Shown here piece by piece: positions 45,154-55,239 of a stretch of DNA of 64,000 nucleotides. The stretch comes from Euryarchaeota archaeon UBA103 (GTDB lineage Archaea > Thermoplasmatota > Poseidoniia > Poseidoniales > Thalassarchaeaceae): contig DAYH01000030.1 in NCBI GenBank assembly GCA_002506825.1, forward strand, positions 8,346-72,345, given 5' to 3'. The notes beneath the pieces were generated by a model. It had not been told where the DNA came from. It made no database searches and worked only from the letters and a program-made list of their open reading frames with translations. The position numbers and the translations under genes were made by a program. Position 1 is the first letter of the stretch. Each line of letters opens with the position of its first letter.

Positions 45154-45726
45154 ATGGCTACCGTTCAAGATACTCTGAACAGCAGAAGAACTGTTTATCG
45201 ATTCACAGATAAAGTAGTAGAAAGATCAGACCTAGAGATGGCATTTGAGGCCGCCAGTAACGCCCCTTGTCACAAGCAGACACACCCCTGGAATTACTAT
45301 GTCTTAGGAGAGGAAACAAGGCTAAAGCTACTACCTATGGTGATTTCTATGGCTAAAGAGAAAATCACCAAGGGCAATGGAGGCGAGTCCTTGACCTCTG
45401 TTGACAGAGCGGTTTCGAAGATTATTGATGCCCCCATATTAATCGCAGTTACAACTAAACTTAGTCCTGAGGATTCTTTCAGGGAAGAGGAGGACTACGC
45501 AGCAACTGTTTGTTCCTTGCATAATCTTGTTCTATCCCTGTGGGGCGAAGGGATTGGATCGCAATGGAGTACAGGTAGTATCACAAGACATTCTTCCACA
45601 TACAGCGTATTAGAAATTGATGAGGAAATGGAAAGGATTGTTGGATTCCTCAAGGCCGGTTATCCAGAATCTATTCCCAACAAGGAGAAAAAGAGTCCAA
45701 ATGAGATTAGGAAATACCTACCCTAG
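45154..45726 (+). CDS. Nitroreductase-family flavoprotein
   Basis: LNSRRTVYRFTDKVVERSDLEMAFEAASNAPCHKQTHPWNYYVL matches the nitroreductase N-terminal pattern (R.S.R.f....v....l...l.aA..APs....qPW.f.v). Confidence 0.8.
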   Translation: MATVQDTLNSRRTVYRFTDKVVERSDLEMAFEAASNAPCHKQTHPWNYYVLGEETRLKLLPMVISMAKEKITKGNGGESLTSVDRAVSKIIDAPILIAVTTKLSPEDSFREEEDYAATVCSLHNLVLSLWGEGIGSQWSTGSITRHSSTYSVLEIDEEMERIVGFLKAGYPESIPNKEKKSPNEIRKYLP

Positions 45727-45741
45727 GAAAATGGTGATAAC

Positions 45742-46764
45742 ATGAAGAAAGTGATATACCCCAAGGTTGGAGGTGTTGACTCAATAGAAATACTAGACGT
45801 CGAAGAACCTCAGGCTTCTGAGGGAGAAGTGGTTGTTAGAATCCATAGGGCGGGCATAAATTTCGCGGATCTTATGATGAGGCAGGGGCTATATGGGTCG
45901 AATCCTGATTTTCCATTCACGCCCGGTTATGAGGCGTCTGGAGTAATAATTAGTTTGGGTAAGGGCGTAAAGGGACTAGAGTTGGGAGATAGAGTTCTTG
46001 CAATGACTGGTTTCGGAGGATATTCAGAGAAGGTTTCAATCCCCAGTTCTAGAGTTTTCAAATTACCAGATTCTGTAACTTTTGACCAGGCGGCCGCGAT
46101 CCCCGTTACCTATGGAACAGCATACCATATGCTATTCCACCTAGGGAGGATTTCACCCGGCGACTCTGTACTAATTCATCATGCCGCGGGAGGCGTGGGA
46201 ACTGCTGTCGCTCAATTGTGTAAAGTTGCAGGAGCATCGGTTGTGATTGGCACTGCCTCCGCACCAAAGAAGGAGTTCGTAGAGTCAATTGGAGTGAAGT
46301 TTGTAGACAGGGAAACAGAGGATTTTGTCAAGATTTGCAAAGACATGACTGGAGGCAAGGGAGTTCATCACGCTATTGACCCCGTTGGCGGGAAGAATCT
46401 GATGAGATCATACAAAGCCACTAGAAGAGGTGGCAAGGTGTACTTCTTTGGCGCATCATCTGCAGTTAAGGGAGATAAGAGATCTATTATCTCTGCATTC
46501 AGAATGTGGTTAAATACGCCAAAATTTAATCCAATTAAGATGATGTCATCGAATAAAGCTATTTTTGGAGTTCATATGGGACTTCTGGATGATAATACAA
46601 TCTTTGAGGGACATCTAAGCGCACTTTCTAAGATGCTGGAAGATAATGAAATTGATCCGATAATAGACAGTATTTGGAGATTTGAACGCGTCTCTGAGGC
46701 ACAGATGCACATGCATGACCGTAAGAATCGTGGAAAGATACTCCTTGACTTTGCTCCAGAGTGA
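45742..46764 (+). CDS. Medium-chain (zinc-type) dehydrogenase/quinone oxidoreductase, VAT-1-like
   Basis: VRIHRAGINFADLMMRQGLYGSNPDFPFTPGYEASGVI. NAD(P) fold HHAAGGVGTAVAQL. C-terminal GKILLDF. Confidence 0.8.
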   Translation: MKKVIYPKVGGVDSIEILDVEEPQASEGEVVVRIHRAGINFADLMMRQGLYGSNPDFPFTPGYEASGVIISLGKGVKGLELGDRVLAMTGFGGYSEKVSIPSSRVFKLPDSVTFDQAAAIPVTYGTAYHMLFHLGRISPGDSVLIHHAAGGVGTAVAQLCKVAGASVVIGTASAPKKEFVESIGVKFVDRETEDFVKICKDMTGGKGVHHAIDPVGGKNLMRSYKATRRGGKVYFFGASSAVKGDKRSIISAFRMWLNTPKFNPIKMMSSNKAIFGVHMGLLDDNTIFEGHLSALSKMLEDNEIDPIIDSIWRFERVSEAQMHMHDRKNRGKILLDFAPE

Positions 46765-46791
46765 TAGCGTCCCTAATGCCCCTTAATTGGC

Positions 46792-47202
46792 CTAAAGCCT
46801 AACTGGCCTAGTGGCACCACAGGCTTGACATTTCAGGAGAGTGGTCCTATCCTCCTTGATGAATCTCGTATCTGGGGCTCTGCATTGGTTACACAGGATG
46901 AATGTCTTGACATAGCTCACTAGTTTTTCCTTGATTCTCTTGGGCGGCACTCTTCCCTTCAGCATTATTCGCGATTGTTCCCTAGTTCCTGAAGTTCCTA
47001 GCTCATTGAGAAGATACTGATACACATGATTTGCATCCCTGTCCATTGCGTCAACTACATCTGAGAAATTTCTCAGAATGGTTTGACTACCCTCAATCAG
47101 TATTTCTGGTTCTGGCATAGTCCATCTTGACCTCTGACTAATTCCTTCTGGAATTCTTTCACGAGCCCTGTCGAGAAGTTCTTCGTAGTCGAAACCATCC
47201 AT
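46792..47202 (-). CDS. Translation initiation factor aIF-2 beta subunit
   Basis: C-terminal Zn-ribbon VKTFILCNQCRAPDTRFIKEDRTTLLKCQACGA. The ATG at 47202 (MDGFDYEELLDRA) gives the typical ~136-aa size; the track start is 47259. Confidence 0.85.
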   Translation of the reverse strand: MDGFDYEELLDRARERIPEGISQRSRWTMPEPEILIEGSQTILRNFSDVVDAMDRDANHVYQYLLNELGTSGTREQSRIMLKGRVPPKRIKEKLVSYVKTFILCNQCRAPDTRFIKEDRTTLLKCQACGATRPVRL

Positions 47203-47289
47203 ACTGTTCCGAACATACCACTCCTTTTCACCCCACCGGGAGATACGACTATCGGGCAAGGTAAAATCTTGATACCTCTGGGAGAGGTC

Positions 47290-47739
47290 ATGGAAGAGTC
47301 ACTAGAGGTCATGGTCGCGAGAACAGAGGATGATGCAAGACTGCCAACCAGAGGTAGTGAATATGCCGCGGGATGGGACCTTTATGCTCTTGAAGAGTCT
47401 GTAGTCCCATTTAGGAAAAGCGTGAAGCTACGAACTGGACTGAGGGTGGCAATTCCCGTGGGGTACGAAGGACAAGTTAGAGCCAGATCTTCCTTGGGCT
47501 CAAAGGGCCTAATACTGCCACACAGCATTGGAACTATTGATGCAGACTATAGGGGCGAGCTGTTTGTTCTTATGACATGGATTGGGGAAGGCGAATCATA
47601 CACAGTGAAGGCCGGAGAAAGAATCGCCCAACTATTGATTTCTCCGATCCCTGAGGTTTCTTTCAAAGAGGTTTCAATAGCACAATTGGGAGATACCAAG
47701 AGAGGAGATGGGGGATTTGGGAGTACCGGTCGTTTCTAG
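47290..47739 (+). CDS. dut: dUTP diphosphatase (trimeric Dut type)
   Basis: LPTRGSEYAAGWDLYA. GTIDADYRGEL. C-terminal RGDGGFGSTG. Start ambiguous: ATG at 47290 or 47311. Confidence 0.85.
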   Translation: MEESLEVMVARTEDDARLPTRGSEYAAGWDLYALEESVVPFRKSVKLRTGLRVAIPVGYEGQVRARSSLGSKGLILPHSIGTIDADYRGELFVLMTWIGEGESYTVKAGERIAQLLISPIPEVSFKEVSIAQLGDTKRGDGGFGSTGRF

Positions 47740-47808
47740 CTGCCTGCAACTAGAGATTTTCAATACTCTATTCTCAATAGGTTCATAGGAAGCGGATGGT
47801 GGCCCAGT

Positions 47809-48393
47809 ATGATGACAAGTAGCGTGGATGATTTACGAGCCACCGTAGAAGAATACCGTTCCAAGGGGCTCAATACCCAGCAGATCGCTGATGAGATGTC
47901 CCTTTCCCAGACCACCATCAAGTGGCTTTCCTCTGGCGGAGTAGGTTCTGAAGATAGGCCTGATGACATTAGAGTAGGATGGAGGTCTATTGCTGTTAAA
48001 GCCGGAAGGATAGAGGCGATTTCATATGTCTTCTGCGATATCTTAGAAGAAGAAATTGGAGACGACGTAGATACCATCGTTGGAATCAGCATCAATGGAA
48101 TCGCATTTGCTCAGGCCATAGGCGGACAGCTGGATCTTGACTTGGCTGTAAGTAGGAGTATCAGTGATGATGGTGCCGGACATATTTCGGAGGTCTTCGC
48201 TGACGTGGAAGGGAAGAAATGTGTTGTGGTTGATGACGTTCTTTCTGGAGGAACAACTATGGCTAAGACAGTGAATAATCTAAGAGCGGCCGGAGCCGAA
48301 GTAAAGTTATGCATGGTTCTTGCGAATAAGTCCCACAGAAATGAAATCGAGGGCGTTCCTCTGCGTGGACTTGTCAGAGTAGTGACTGTCTGA
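47809..48393 (+). CDS. Orotate phosphoribosyltransferase-like protein (N-terminal HTH plus PRTase domain, GfcR/PyrE2-like)
   Basis: HTH-like GLNTQQIADEMSLSQTTIKWL. PRPP-binding loop CVVVDDVLSGGTTM. Confidence 0.75.
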   Translation: MMTSSVDDLRATVEEYRSKGLNTQQIADEMSLSQTTIKWLSSGGVGSEDRPDDIRVGWRSIAVKAGRIEAISYVFCDILEEEIGDDVDTIVGISINGIAFAQAIGGQLDLDLAVSRSISDDGAGHISEVFADVEGKKCVVVDDVLSGGTTMAKTVNNLRAAGAEVKLCMVLANKSHRNEIEGVPLRGLVRVVTV

Positions 48394-48402
48394 GGAAGAG
48401 AA

Positions 48403-49971
48403 ATGCACTGGGCAGATTTCAGAGCTCAGAGATTGTCTGAGAGGGAAGTACCGCAAGTAATAGTCTCTGGGATAACTCCCTCGGGCGAATTTCATATTGG
48501 CCACCTTAGAGAAATTCTAACGGCTGAGATGATCCATAGGGCTTGTCTCGATTCTGGACTTGAGTCAAGGTATGTCTTCATTGTGGATTCTATGGATCCA
48601 TTACGCAGAGTGTATGACTTTCTATCTCCTGAATATGAGAAATATATTGGTGTGCCTTTAGCATATATTCCAGCGCCAAGTCCTGACGGAACGCCAAGTA
48701 CTGATTCTGGTAGCTATGCTGATCACTTCTTGAATCCATTTCTAGAATCCCTAAGGGAGATAGGAGTATTCCCGGAAATAGAGATGAATCATGAGGCTTA
48801 CGAAGATGGGAGATTCTCAGAAAAGATTGACCTCGCCATAGGCAAGAGGGAAGAGATTAGAGAGATCATTATGAATATCTCTGGAAGGGACCTGCCTAAA
48901 GACTGGTTTCCCTACAGCCCTCGTGGTTCAGATGGAAGTATGGATGGGGTCCAAGTTACTGGTTACGAATATCCCTTTGTCCATTGGGAGGACTCCCATG
49001 GCATTACGGGGAGGGCCGATATCAGGAAGGCAGAAGGAAAGATGCCCTGGAGAATTGATTGGGCCGCTCGATGGATAATACATCAAGTAACCTGTGAACC
49101 TGCAGGAAAGGACCACGGCGCCGCAGGAGGAAGTTTCGATACGGGTATACCGATTTGTGAAGTTCTTGGAGGAAAACCCCCTGAGAAAATAGTTTATGAA
49201 TGGATTCAACTCAAAGGGATGGGGCCGATGTCGAGTTCATCAGGAGTTACAATAGGACCGATGGAAGCCCTTTCATTAGTTCCTCCAGAAATCCTCCGAT
49301 ATGTCATAGCAAGGAGTAAAATTGGGCGACATATTGAGTTTGATACTGGATCCGCACTGTTCGAAATGGCTGATGAATACGAACGACTTCTTTCTAGGGT
49401 CGAAACTGGTGAGGTTACAAAACGCATGCAGACGAGGATCGATACCACAAAAGGGGCCCTTAGACTGAGTCAGGTTGTAAGAAATTCTGATCCCTCTGAA
49501 TCTATTGGAGGCGTTTCTTTCAGGCATCTATCTATGCTTGCACAAATTAAGTCCTCGGATGATGAAGTCTGGGGATCTTTGAGAAATAGCGGCCATCTAT
49601 CTGGAGAACCTGGGGATTCATTGGTGATTAGATTGGGCAAGATGAGGAATTGGATCGATGGAAAACACTTTCCCGAAGATGCCAGAATAGTAATTCAGAC
49701 CATTATTGGAGAGGAATTTAGTGATAATACGACAGAAGAGCAGCGGTTGTTTTTGAGAGGATTAAGCAAATCTCTGGAGAATTGCGAATGGGACCAGGAT
49801 TCCATCAAAGATACGATTAGGGAATGTATGGGAAATTACGGACTGAAGGGAAAGGATGGCTTCGCGGCACTATACTGGGCCCTACTTGGAAGAAGGCACG
49901 GACCGAGGGCATCGGCCCTGATTTCTGAGATGGATAGGGATGCTTTAATCCAGCTTCTGAAGGGTGTGTGA
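48403..49971 (+). CDS. lysK: Lysine--tRNA ligase, class I
   Basis: GITPSGEFHIGHLREILTAEMIHRA carries a literal HIGH motif in the class I LysRS context. KMSKS-like GMGPMSSSSG. 522 aa. Confidence 0.9.
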   Translation: MHWADFRAQRLSEREVPQVIVSGITPSGEFHIGHLREILTAEMIHRACLDSGLESRYVFIVDSMDPLRRVYDFLSPEYEKYIGVPLAYIPAPSPDGTPSTDSGSYADHFLNPFLESLREIGVFPEIEMNHEAYEDGRFSEKIDLAIGKREEIREIIMNISGRDLPKDWFPYSPRGSDGSMDGVQVTGYEYPFVHWEDSHGITGRADIRKAEGKMPWRIDWAARWIIHQVTCEPAGKDHGAAGGSFDTGIPICEVLGGKPPEKIVYEWIQLKGMGPMSSSSGVTIGPMEALSLVPPEILRYVIARSKIGRHIEFDTGSALFEMADEYERLLSRVETGEVTKRMQTRIDTTKGALRLSQVVRNSDPSESIGGVSFRHLSMLAQIKSSDDEVWGSLRNSGHLSGEPGDSLVIRLGKMRNWIDGKHFPEDARIVIQTIIGEEFSDNTTEEQRLFLRGLSKSLENCEWDQDSIKDTIRECMGNYGLKGKDGFAALYWALLGRRHGPRASALISEMDRDALIQLLKGV

Positions 49972-49982
49972 AGGGCTTAATC

Positions 49983-50708
49983 ATGAGAACTGACCACCTA
50001 CCATTCCCAATGCCTGAACGCCCTCATTCATTAGTTCAAGAGTGGAAGAATCTGACATTTATGCATTGGGAGGTTGATCCAATGAAGTTAGCCAAGTACA
50101 TTCCAGATGGGTTGGAGATTGATCTCTTCGAGGGTAGGGCGTTCATTGGTACAATTCCATTTACTATGGCCAATGTCAGGCCAAGGCTATTATTCCCAAT
50201 ACCTGGAATATCCACTTTTCCTGAAGTTAATATCAGAACTTATGTGAGGGAGGGGGGACGTGGAGGAGTTCTTTTCTTGACTCTCGAGGCGCAGAGCCTG
50301 ATTACTTGCTCCTATGCGCCCAGGGCCTATGGGTTACCATATAGATACTCAGTAGCTAGTGTCCAGTCCAGAAACGGACTATATCGGTGGAACACCAGTA
50401 GAAAGGACGGTAGTCATGAGCTAGTTGGTGAATGCGAATGGTACGAGCAAGACGAGTCGGCGCTAAAGGGAACTCTAGAAGAGTTTCTTTTCGAAAGGTA
50501 CTGTCTTTACACATTCCATCGGGGTAATTTGTGTATAGCCTATACTCATCATGAACCCTGGAAATTTGGCCTAGGAAATGTGAAATTGCACTCTAACTCC
50601 CTCACTGAAGAGTTCGATCTGGGAATTGATGACGTCTTAAGTCCCGACTTAGTACACGTTTCAGAGGGAGTATATGTCAGAACTTGGTCTACGGAGGTGG
50701 TCAGATAG
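49983..50708 (+). CDS. DUF2071 (COG2071, acetoacetate-decarboxylase-like fold) family protein
   Basis: WKNLTFMHWEVDPMKLAKYIPDGLEIDLFEGRAFIGTIPFTMANVRP matches my memory of the DUF2071 N-terminal signature. ATG at 49983. Confidence 0.55.
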   Translation: MRTDHLPFPMPERPHSLVQEWKNLTFMHWEVDPMKLAKYIPDGLEIDLFEGRAFIGTIPFTMANVRPRLLFPIPGISTFPEVNIRTYVREGGRGGVLFLTLEAQSLITCSYAPRAYGLPYRYSVASVQSRNGLYRWNTSRKDGSHELVGECEWYEQDESALKGTLEEFLFERYCLYTFHRGNLCIAYTHHEPWKFGLGNVKLHSNSLTEEFDLGIDDVLSPDLVHVSEGVYVRTWSTEVVR

Positions 50709-51097
50709 TTCTCGAAGGCTCCCGTGACGTATTGATTCTCGATGGAGATTGTGGTCTCTGTCACCGCTTGGCGGACTTCTTAGATAAGCGAATTATTGAT
50801 AGAGAATTATTGGCGTTCAGACCGGGTAATTCTAAGGATGCTGAGATGCTATTTTCTAGAATGCCGGAATCGTTGAGACGTGTCGATACAGTATACCTGA
50901 TTAGAGATGGAAGAACATACATACGATCCGCAGCGGCAATACGTTGTCTTCTTTACCTGGGACCACACTGGAGAGTCATTTTCCCACTGTTGTGGATAGT
51001 TCCCCTCCCCCTTAGGGATTTATCATATCGAATAGTTGCTAAATACAGACATCTCTTCTTCAAGCGTCCTGAGAAATGTACTTTCAGGGTAGATTAG
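50684..51097 (+). CDS. DCC-family thiol-disulfide oxidoreductase (DUF393)
   Basis: ILDGDCGLCHRLADFL carries the D-C-x-x-C motif characteristic of DCC1-like proteins. Start uncertain: TTG at 50684 or 50732, with no in-frame ATG before the motif. Confidence 0.6.
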   Translation: MVYGGGQIVLEGSRDVLILDGDCGLCHRLADFLDKRIIDRELLAFRPGNSKDAEMLFSRMPESLRRVDTVYLIRDGRTYIRSAAAIRCLLYLGPHWRVIFPLLWIVPLPLRDLSYRIVAKYRHLFFKRPEKCTFRVD

Positions 51098-51105
51098 GTG
51101 ATTAG

Positions 51106-51867
51106 ATGAAAATAAGGCTACATCAGTTTCTATCTAGGACTGGGCATTTTAGTTCTAAGAATAAAGCCAAGAATGCGGTTTGGGAAGGCTCCATTTCGGT
51201 TGGAGGAAGAATTGTAAAAGATATTTCATATGAGTTCAATCCTGAGAAGAGAGAGGTTCTTTTCAAGGGCATTAAATTGAGTTTGCCTAGTAATTATGAA
51301 TACTTCATCTTGAATAAACCCGCAGGAGTGATATGCTCGAGAATAAATAAACACGAGAGGTCCCTAAACAAGAATTCAGTTTTTTCATTATTCAAGGGAC
51401 ATATTGATTCAAGGGTATTGGACTCTTTGGTCACAGTAGGAAGGCTAGACGAAGGAACTACTGGCCTTCTGATAATAACCAATGATGGGTCATTAGTGAA
51501 CGATATTGCCAATCCATCAAAAAATATTGGCAAGACCTATCTTCTCAAAGTATCTAAGAGGATTACTCCCGAGTTAATCAGTTCGATTAGGACGGGAGTA
51601 AGTATTGACATTACCAGAAACGAGATAGTCGAGGAATATTTGACTATGCCAGCTGAAGTAACAAAGATCAGTGATTACAGCATCGAGGTAACAATATTCG
51701 AAGGTAAGAAAAGACAGGTCCGTAGAATGGTGGAATCTCTTGGAAACAGAGTACTAGAATTACATAGAACCTCTATCGGGGGATTAAATTTGGACACTTA
51801 TTCACTGAACTCTGGAGAATACAAAAAGGAGTCTCGAGAAGTCATCATGGAGAGAATTAGAAAATAG
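51106..51867 (+). CDS. Pseudouridine synthase, RsuA/RluB family, with an N-terminal S4 domain
   Basis: S4: RLHQFLSRTGHFSSKNKAKNAVWEGSISVGGRIV. Catalytic motif VGRLDEGTTGLLIITNDG. KRQVRRM. ATG preceded by AGGTGAT. Confidence 0.8.
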   Translation: MKIRLHQFLSRTGHFSSKNKAKNAVWEGSISVGGRIVKDISYEFNPEKREVLFKGIKLSLPSNYEYFILNKPAGVICSRINKHERSLNKNSVFSLFKGHIDSRVLDSLVTVGRLDEGTTGLLIITNDGSLVNDIANPSKNIGKTYLLKVSKRITPELISSIRTGVSIDITRNEIVEEYLTMPAEVTKISDYSIEVTIFEGKKRQVRRMVESLGNRVLELHRTSIGGLNLDTYSLNSGEYKKESREVIMERIRK

Positions 51868-51870
51868 AGA

Positions 51871-54800
51871 TTATTCCAGTGTAGAAATTTCTAATAATCG
51901 CGGCTCTGGAGTGCCTAGCTGCATTTCAGCTATAGCTTCTACTTCCATCTTAGCTCCAGCCATAGTAGTGACAAATGGAATATTGAGTTCTACGGCTAGT
52001 CTCCTCATCATATTGCCGTCCAGTACTGCCCCTCCTGTGGCAGTGGGGGTGTTGATAACTAGCTGAATCATTCCCCTTCTCATTAAATCGAGAGCATCGG
52101 GGGACTTCCTGTCTTCAATTCTATAGCATGTGTCGACATCCACTGACCCGTTCTCTCTGAGTACAGAAGCAGTTCCAGGTGTGGCGTAAATCTTGAAGCC
52201 CATATCTTGCAGACGCTTTGCCAAAACAATTGTGCTTTTCTTGTCCTTATCCTTCACAGTGATATAGACTCCTCCAGAAGTAGGTACAGGGAGCTCTGTG
52301 GCCATCCTAGCTTTGAGATACGCGGCGGCTGGCCTCACGTGTGACCCCATTACTTCCCCAGTTGATTTCATCTCGGGACCAGGTGCAGGATCTAGGCCTC
52401 TAAGTTTTATGAATGGGAAAACAGGTGCCTTAACAGATACTGCCTCGGTCTGAGGCTCGGGAATATCAAGTGATGATAATTTCTCCCCTAGAGCTACTCT
52501 TGCGGCAATTCTGGCTAGAGGTACTCCAGTGGCCTTAGCTACAAAGGGGAACGTTCTCGACCCTCTTGGATTAACTTCTAAGACAAATAATTCCTCATCC
52601 CTTATTGCGAATTGGATGTTATAACAACCCCTAATTCCTAATTCCAGACCAATAATAGTGGTCCATTCCTCTACTTGTGAAAGTACACTTTCAGGGATAT
52701 TCTGAGGAGGGATAAAGCAGGTCGAGTCTCCTGAGTGAATGCCAGCCTCCTCCAGATGTTCCATAATAGCCCCGATTAGAACTTCTTCTCCATCGCAAAC
52801 TGCATCGACATCGAGCTCTACTGCATTGCCCAGATACTCATCAATGAGAAGTGGCCGATCAGGGGAAAGATATGCCTCACTCATGTATGTCTCTAACTGC
52901 CTATCATTGGATAATATCTCCATTCCCCTTCCCCCTAAGACATAAGACGGCCTAATGAGGACTGGGTATCCAATGGAAGATACTGCCTTTCTGACCCCTT
53001 CTGGATCTGTAGCAGTCATTCCCCTAGGCATCTTTAATTGACACCTCTCTGCAAAATCCTCGAATCTCTTCCTATCACTAGCCTCATCAACGGCCTCTGG
53101 AGTCGTTCCTTCGATAATCATGCTAAGACCCAATTTTTCTAAATGAGGTAGGCTGTCTGAAAGCGGCAAAGCCAGGTTTATAGCCGTCTGTCCCCCGAAC
53201 TGGAGAAGAATTCCATGAGCTTTCTCTCGGAGTAAGATCTCGGAAACTGATTCCAGATTAAGAGGATCGAAATATAGTCTATCACTGGTATCGAAATCAG
53301 TTGAAACTGTTTCTGGGTTGTTATTTATTATGATTGCTTCATGCCCCATTTCTCTTATTGCCCCTACTGCATGGACACACCCATAGTCAAACTCTATTCC
53401 TTGACCAATTCTGATAGGACCTGATCCAATAACGACTACTCTTTGCTTGGATTTGGTTTCTAGACCTGGAACTAAATCAACACCATTATCGCCGGTCCCT
53501 CCTTCATATGTCGAGTAGTAGTAAGGAGTAACTGCGGCGAACTCTGCCGCACAAGAATCAACCATTCTGAATCTCGGGTGGATGCTTAATTGATGCCTTC
53601 TGATTGTCACGGCGGCCTCTCCCCTTCCCGAGGGTAAATTCTTGAAGCCAGAGGGAGGGAATCCACAGAGGGCATCTGCAATGTGCAGATCGGTAAATCC
53701 CACTCCTTTCCATGATCTCATCTCAGCCTCTGGTATCTCTGAGGGCCGAAGTCCCATCTCGCCAGCAGCCCTAATCTCGGTCTCAACTGCAGCCATCTTC
53801 TCAAATCTATGTAAAAACCACCTAGTTACTCCTCCGGTTAGATCCCTAACATCCTCTAACGAATACCCTCTTCTGAATGCCTCCATGATTGCGGACATTC
53901 TCCTATCAGTGGGAACTCTCAGCCAATCTTCTAAAATCGCAGTGGGGAGTTCCTCCGAGGACCTCTCATCCATAGACTCGCCTCCGGAAGAGTCAGCCAT
54001 AGTCAGCGGCCTTGGATGGGGTTTGCCATACTCTAAACTAGCCCATGCCTTGAGGAAAGCCTCTTCGAAACATCTTCCAATTGCCATGACTTCCCCTGTA
54101 GACTTCATGGATGTCCCTATGGTTCTATCCGCTGTCCTAAATTTATCAAATGGCCATCTGGGTATTTTCACGACACAGTAGTCCAATGTAGGTTCAAAAG
54201 CTGCAGTGGTCCCCCTTCCAGTTATTGGATTGGGAAGCTCATCTAGGGTATATCCAACAGCAATCAATGCGGCCATTCTAGCAATTGGATAACCTGTCGC
54301 CTTTGAAGCCAAGGCTGATGACCGGGATACTCTCGGATTGACTTCGATTACTCGGTACTGCCCTGTGGACTGCTGTACTGCGAACTGAACATTACAGCCC
54401 CCCTTGATATTCAGCCTTCTAATCAGCTTCAAAGCCGCATCCCTTAGCATCTGATGGTCCTGATCTGATAGTGTCTGTTGAGGGGCTACGACTACAGATT
54501 CACCTGTATGGACACCCATGGGATCTAGATTCTCCATAGTACATACAATAATTGCATTATCAGCGGCATCTCTCATTACCTCATACTCGTGTTCTTGCCA
54601 TCCTAGGATACTCACTTCGATCAGAACCTGCCCTATTGCTGATTGCAAAAGTCCCTGACTTGCAATTTCAACAAGCTCACCCTTGTTGAAAGCAGTACCG
54701 CCACCCAATCCCCCAAGAGTGAAAGCGGGACGGATCAAGAGGGGGTATTTTCCAATTTTTTCAGCAGCATCCAACACCTCGCTGATTGACGAACAGGCTA

Positions 54801-55239
54801 CTGCCTCGCAAACTGGAAGATCAATACTCTCACATACTCTCTTGAAAAGATCCCTATCTTCGGCCTCATCTATAGATGCTAGATCGCATCCAATCAACTC
54901 TACACCTAACTCATCTAATGAACCATCCTTGGCCAATGCGGAAGCGATATTCAATGCTGTTTGACCTCCCATTCCTGCTAGAATTGCATCCGGTTTCTCA
55001 ATCTCCAGAATTCTCTTAACGACCTCTGGAAGAAGTGGCTCGATGTATATCCTATCTGCCATTTCTGGATCATTCTGAATAGTTGCTGGATTGGAATTAA
55101 TCAAAATTACTTCATATCCATCGTCTCTCAAAGCCCTGCATGCTTGCGACCCTGAAAAATCAAACTCAGCCGCCTGGCCAATCCTAATCGGTCCGCTTCC
55201 GAGAATCACTATTCTTGAGAGGTCGTTTCTTCGAGGCAC
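51871..55239 (-). CDS. carB: Carbamoyl-phosphate synthase large subunit
   Basis: 1,122 aa with two ATP-grasp halves (ILGSGPIRIGQAAEFDFSGSQA and VIGSGPIRIGQGIEFDYGCVHA) and a C-terminal MGS-like domain. The GTG start overlaps the carA stop by 1 nt. Confidence 0.95.
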   Translation of the reverse strand: MPRRNDLSRIVILGSGPIRIGQAAEFDFSGSQACRALRDDGYEVILINSNPATIQNDPEMADRIYIEPLLPEVVKRILEIEKPDAILAGMGGQTALNIASALAKDGSLDELGVELIGCDLASIDEAEDRDLFKRVCESIDLPVCEAVACSSISEVLDAAEKIGKYPLLIRPAFTLGGLGGGTAFNKGELVEIASQGLLQSAIGQVLIEVSILGWQEHEYEVMRDAADNAIIVCTMENLDPMGVHTGESVVVAPQQTLSDQDHQMLRDAALKLIRRLNIKGGCNVQFAVQQSTGQYRVIEVNPRVSRSSALASKATGYPIARMAALIAVGYTLDELPNPITGRGTTAAFEPTLDYCVVKIPRWPFDKFRTADRTIGTSMKSTGEVMAIGRCFEEAFLKAWASLEYGKPHPRPLTMADSSGGESMDERSSEELPTAILEDWLRVPTDRRMSAIMEAFRRGYSLEDVRDLTGGVTRWFLHRFEKMAAVETEIRAAGEMGLRPSEIPEAEMRSWKGVGFTDLHIADALCGFPPSGFKNLPSGRGEAAVTIRRHQLSIHPRFRMVDSCAAEFAAVTPYYYSTYEGGTGDNGVDLVPGLETKSKQRVVVIGSGPIRIGQGIEFDYGCVHAVGAIREMGHEAIIINNNPETVSTDFDTSDRLYFDPLNLESVSEILLREKAHGILLQFGGQTAINLALPLSDSLPHLEKLGLSMIIEGTTPEAVDEASDRKRFEDFAERCQLKMPRGMTATDPEGVRKAVSSIGYPVLIRPSYVLGGRGMEILSNDRQLETYMSEAYLSPDRPLLIDEYLGNAVELDVDAVCDGEEVLIGAIMEHLEEAGIHSGDSTCFIPPQNIPESVLSQVEEWTTIIGLELGIRGCYNIQFAIRDEELFVLEVNPRGSRTFPFVAKATGVPLARIAARVALGEKLSSLDIPEPQTEAVSVKAPVFPFIKLRGLDPAPGPEMKSTGEVMGSHVRPAAAYLKARMATELPVPTSGGVYITVKDKDKKSTIVLAKRLQDMGFKIYATPGTASVLRENGSVDVDTCYRIEDRKSPDALDLMRRGMIQLVINTPTATGGAVLDGNMMRRLAVELNIPFVTTMAGAKMEVEAIAEMQLGTPEPRLLEISTLE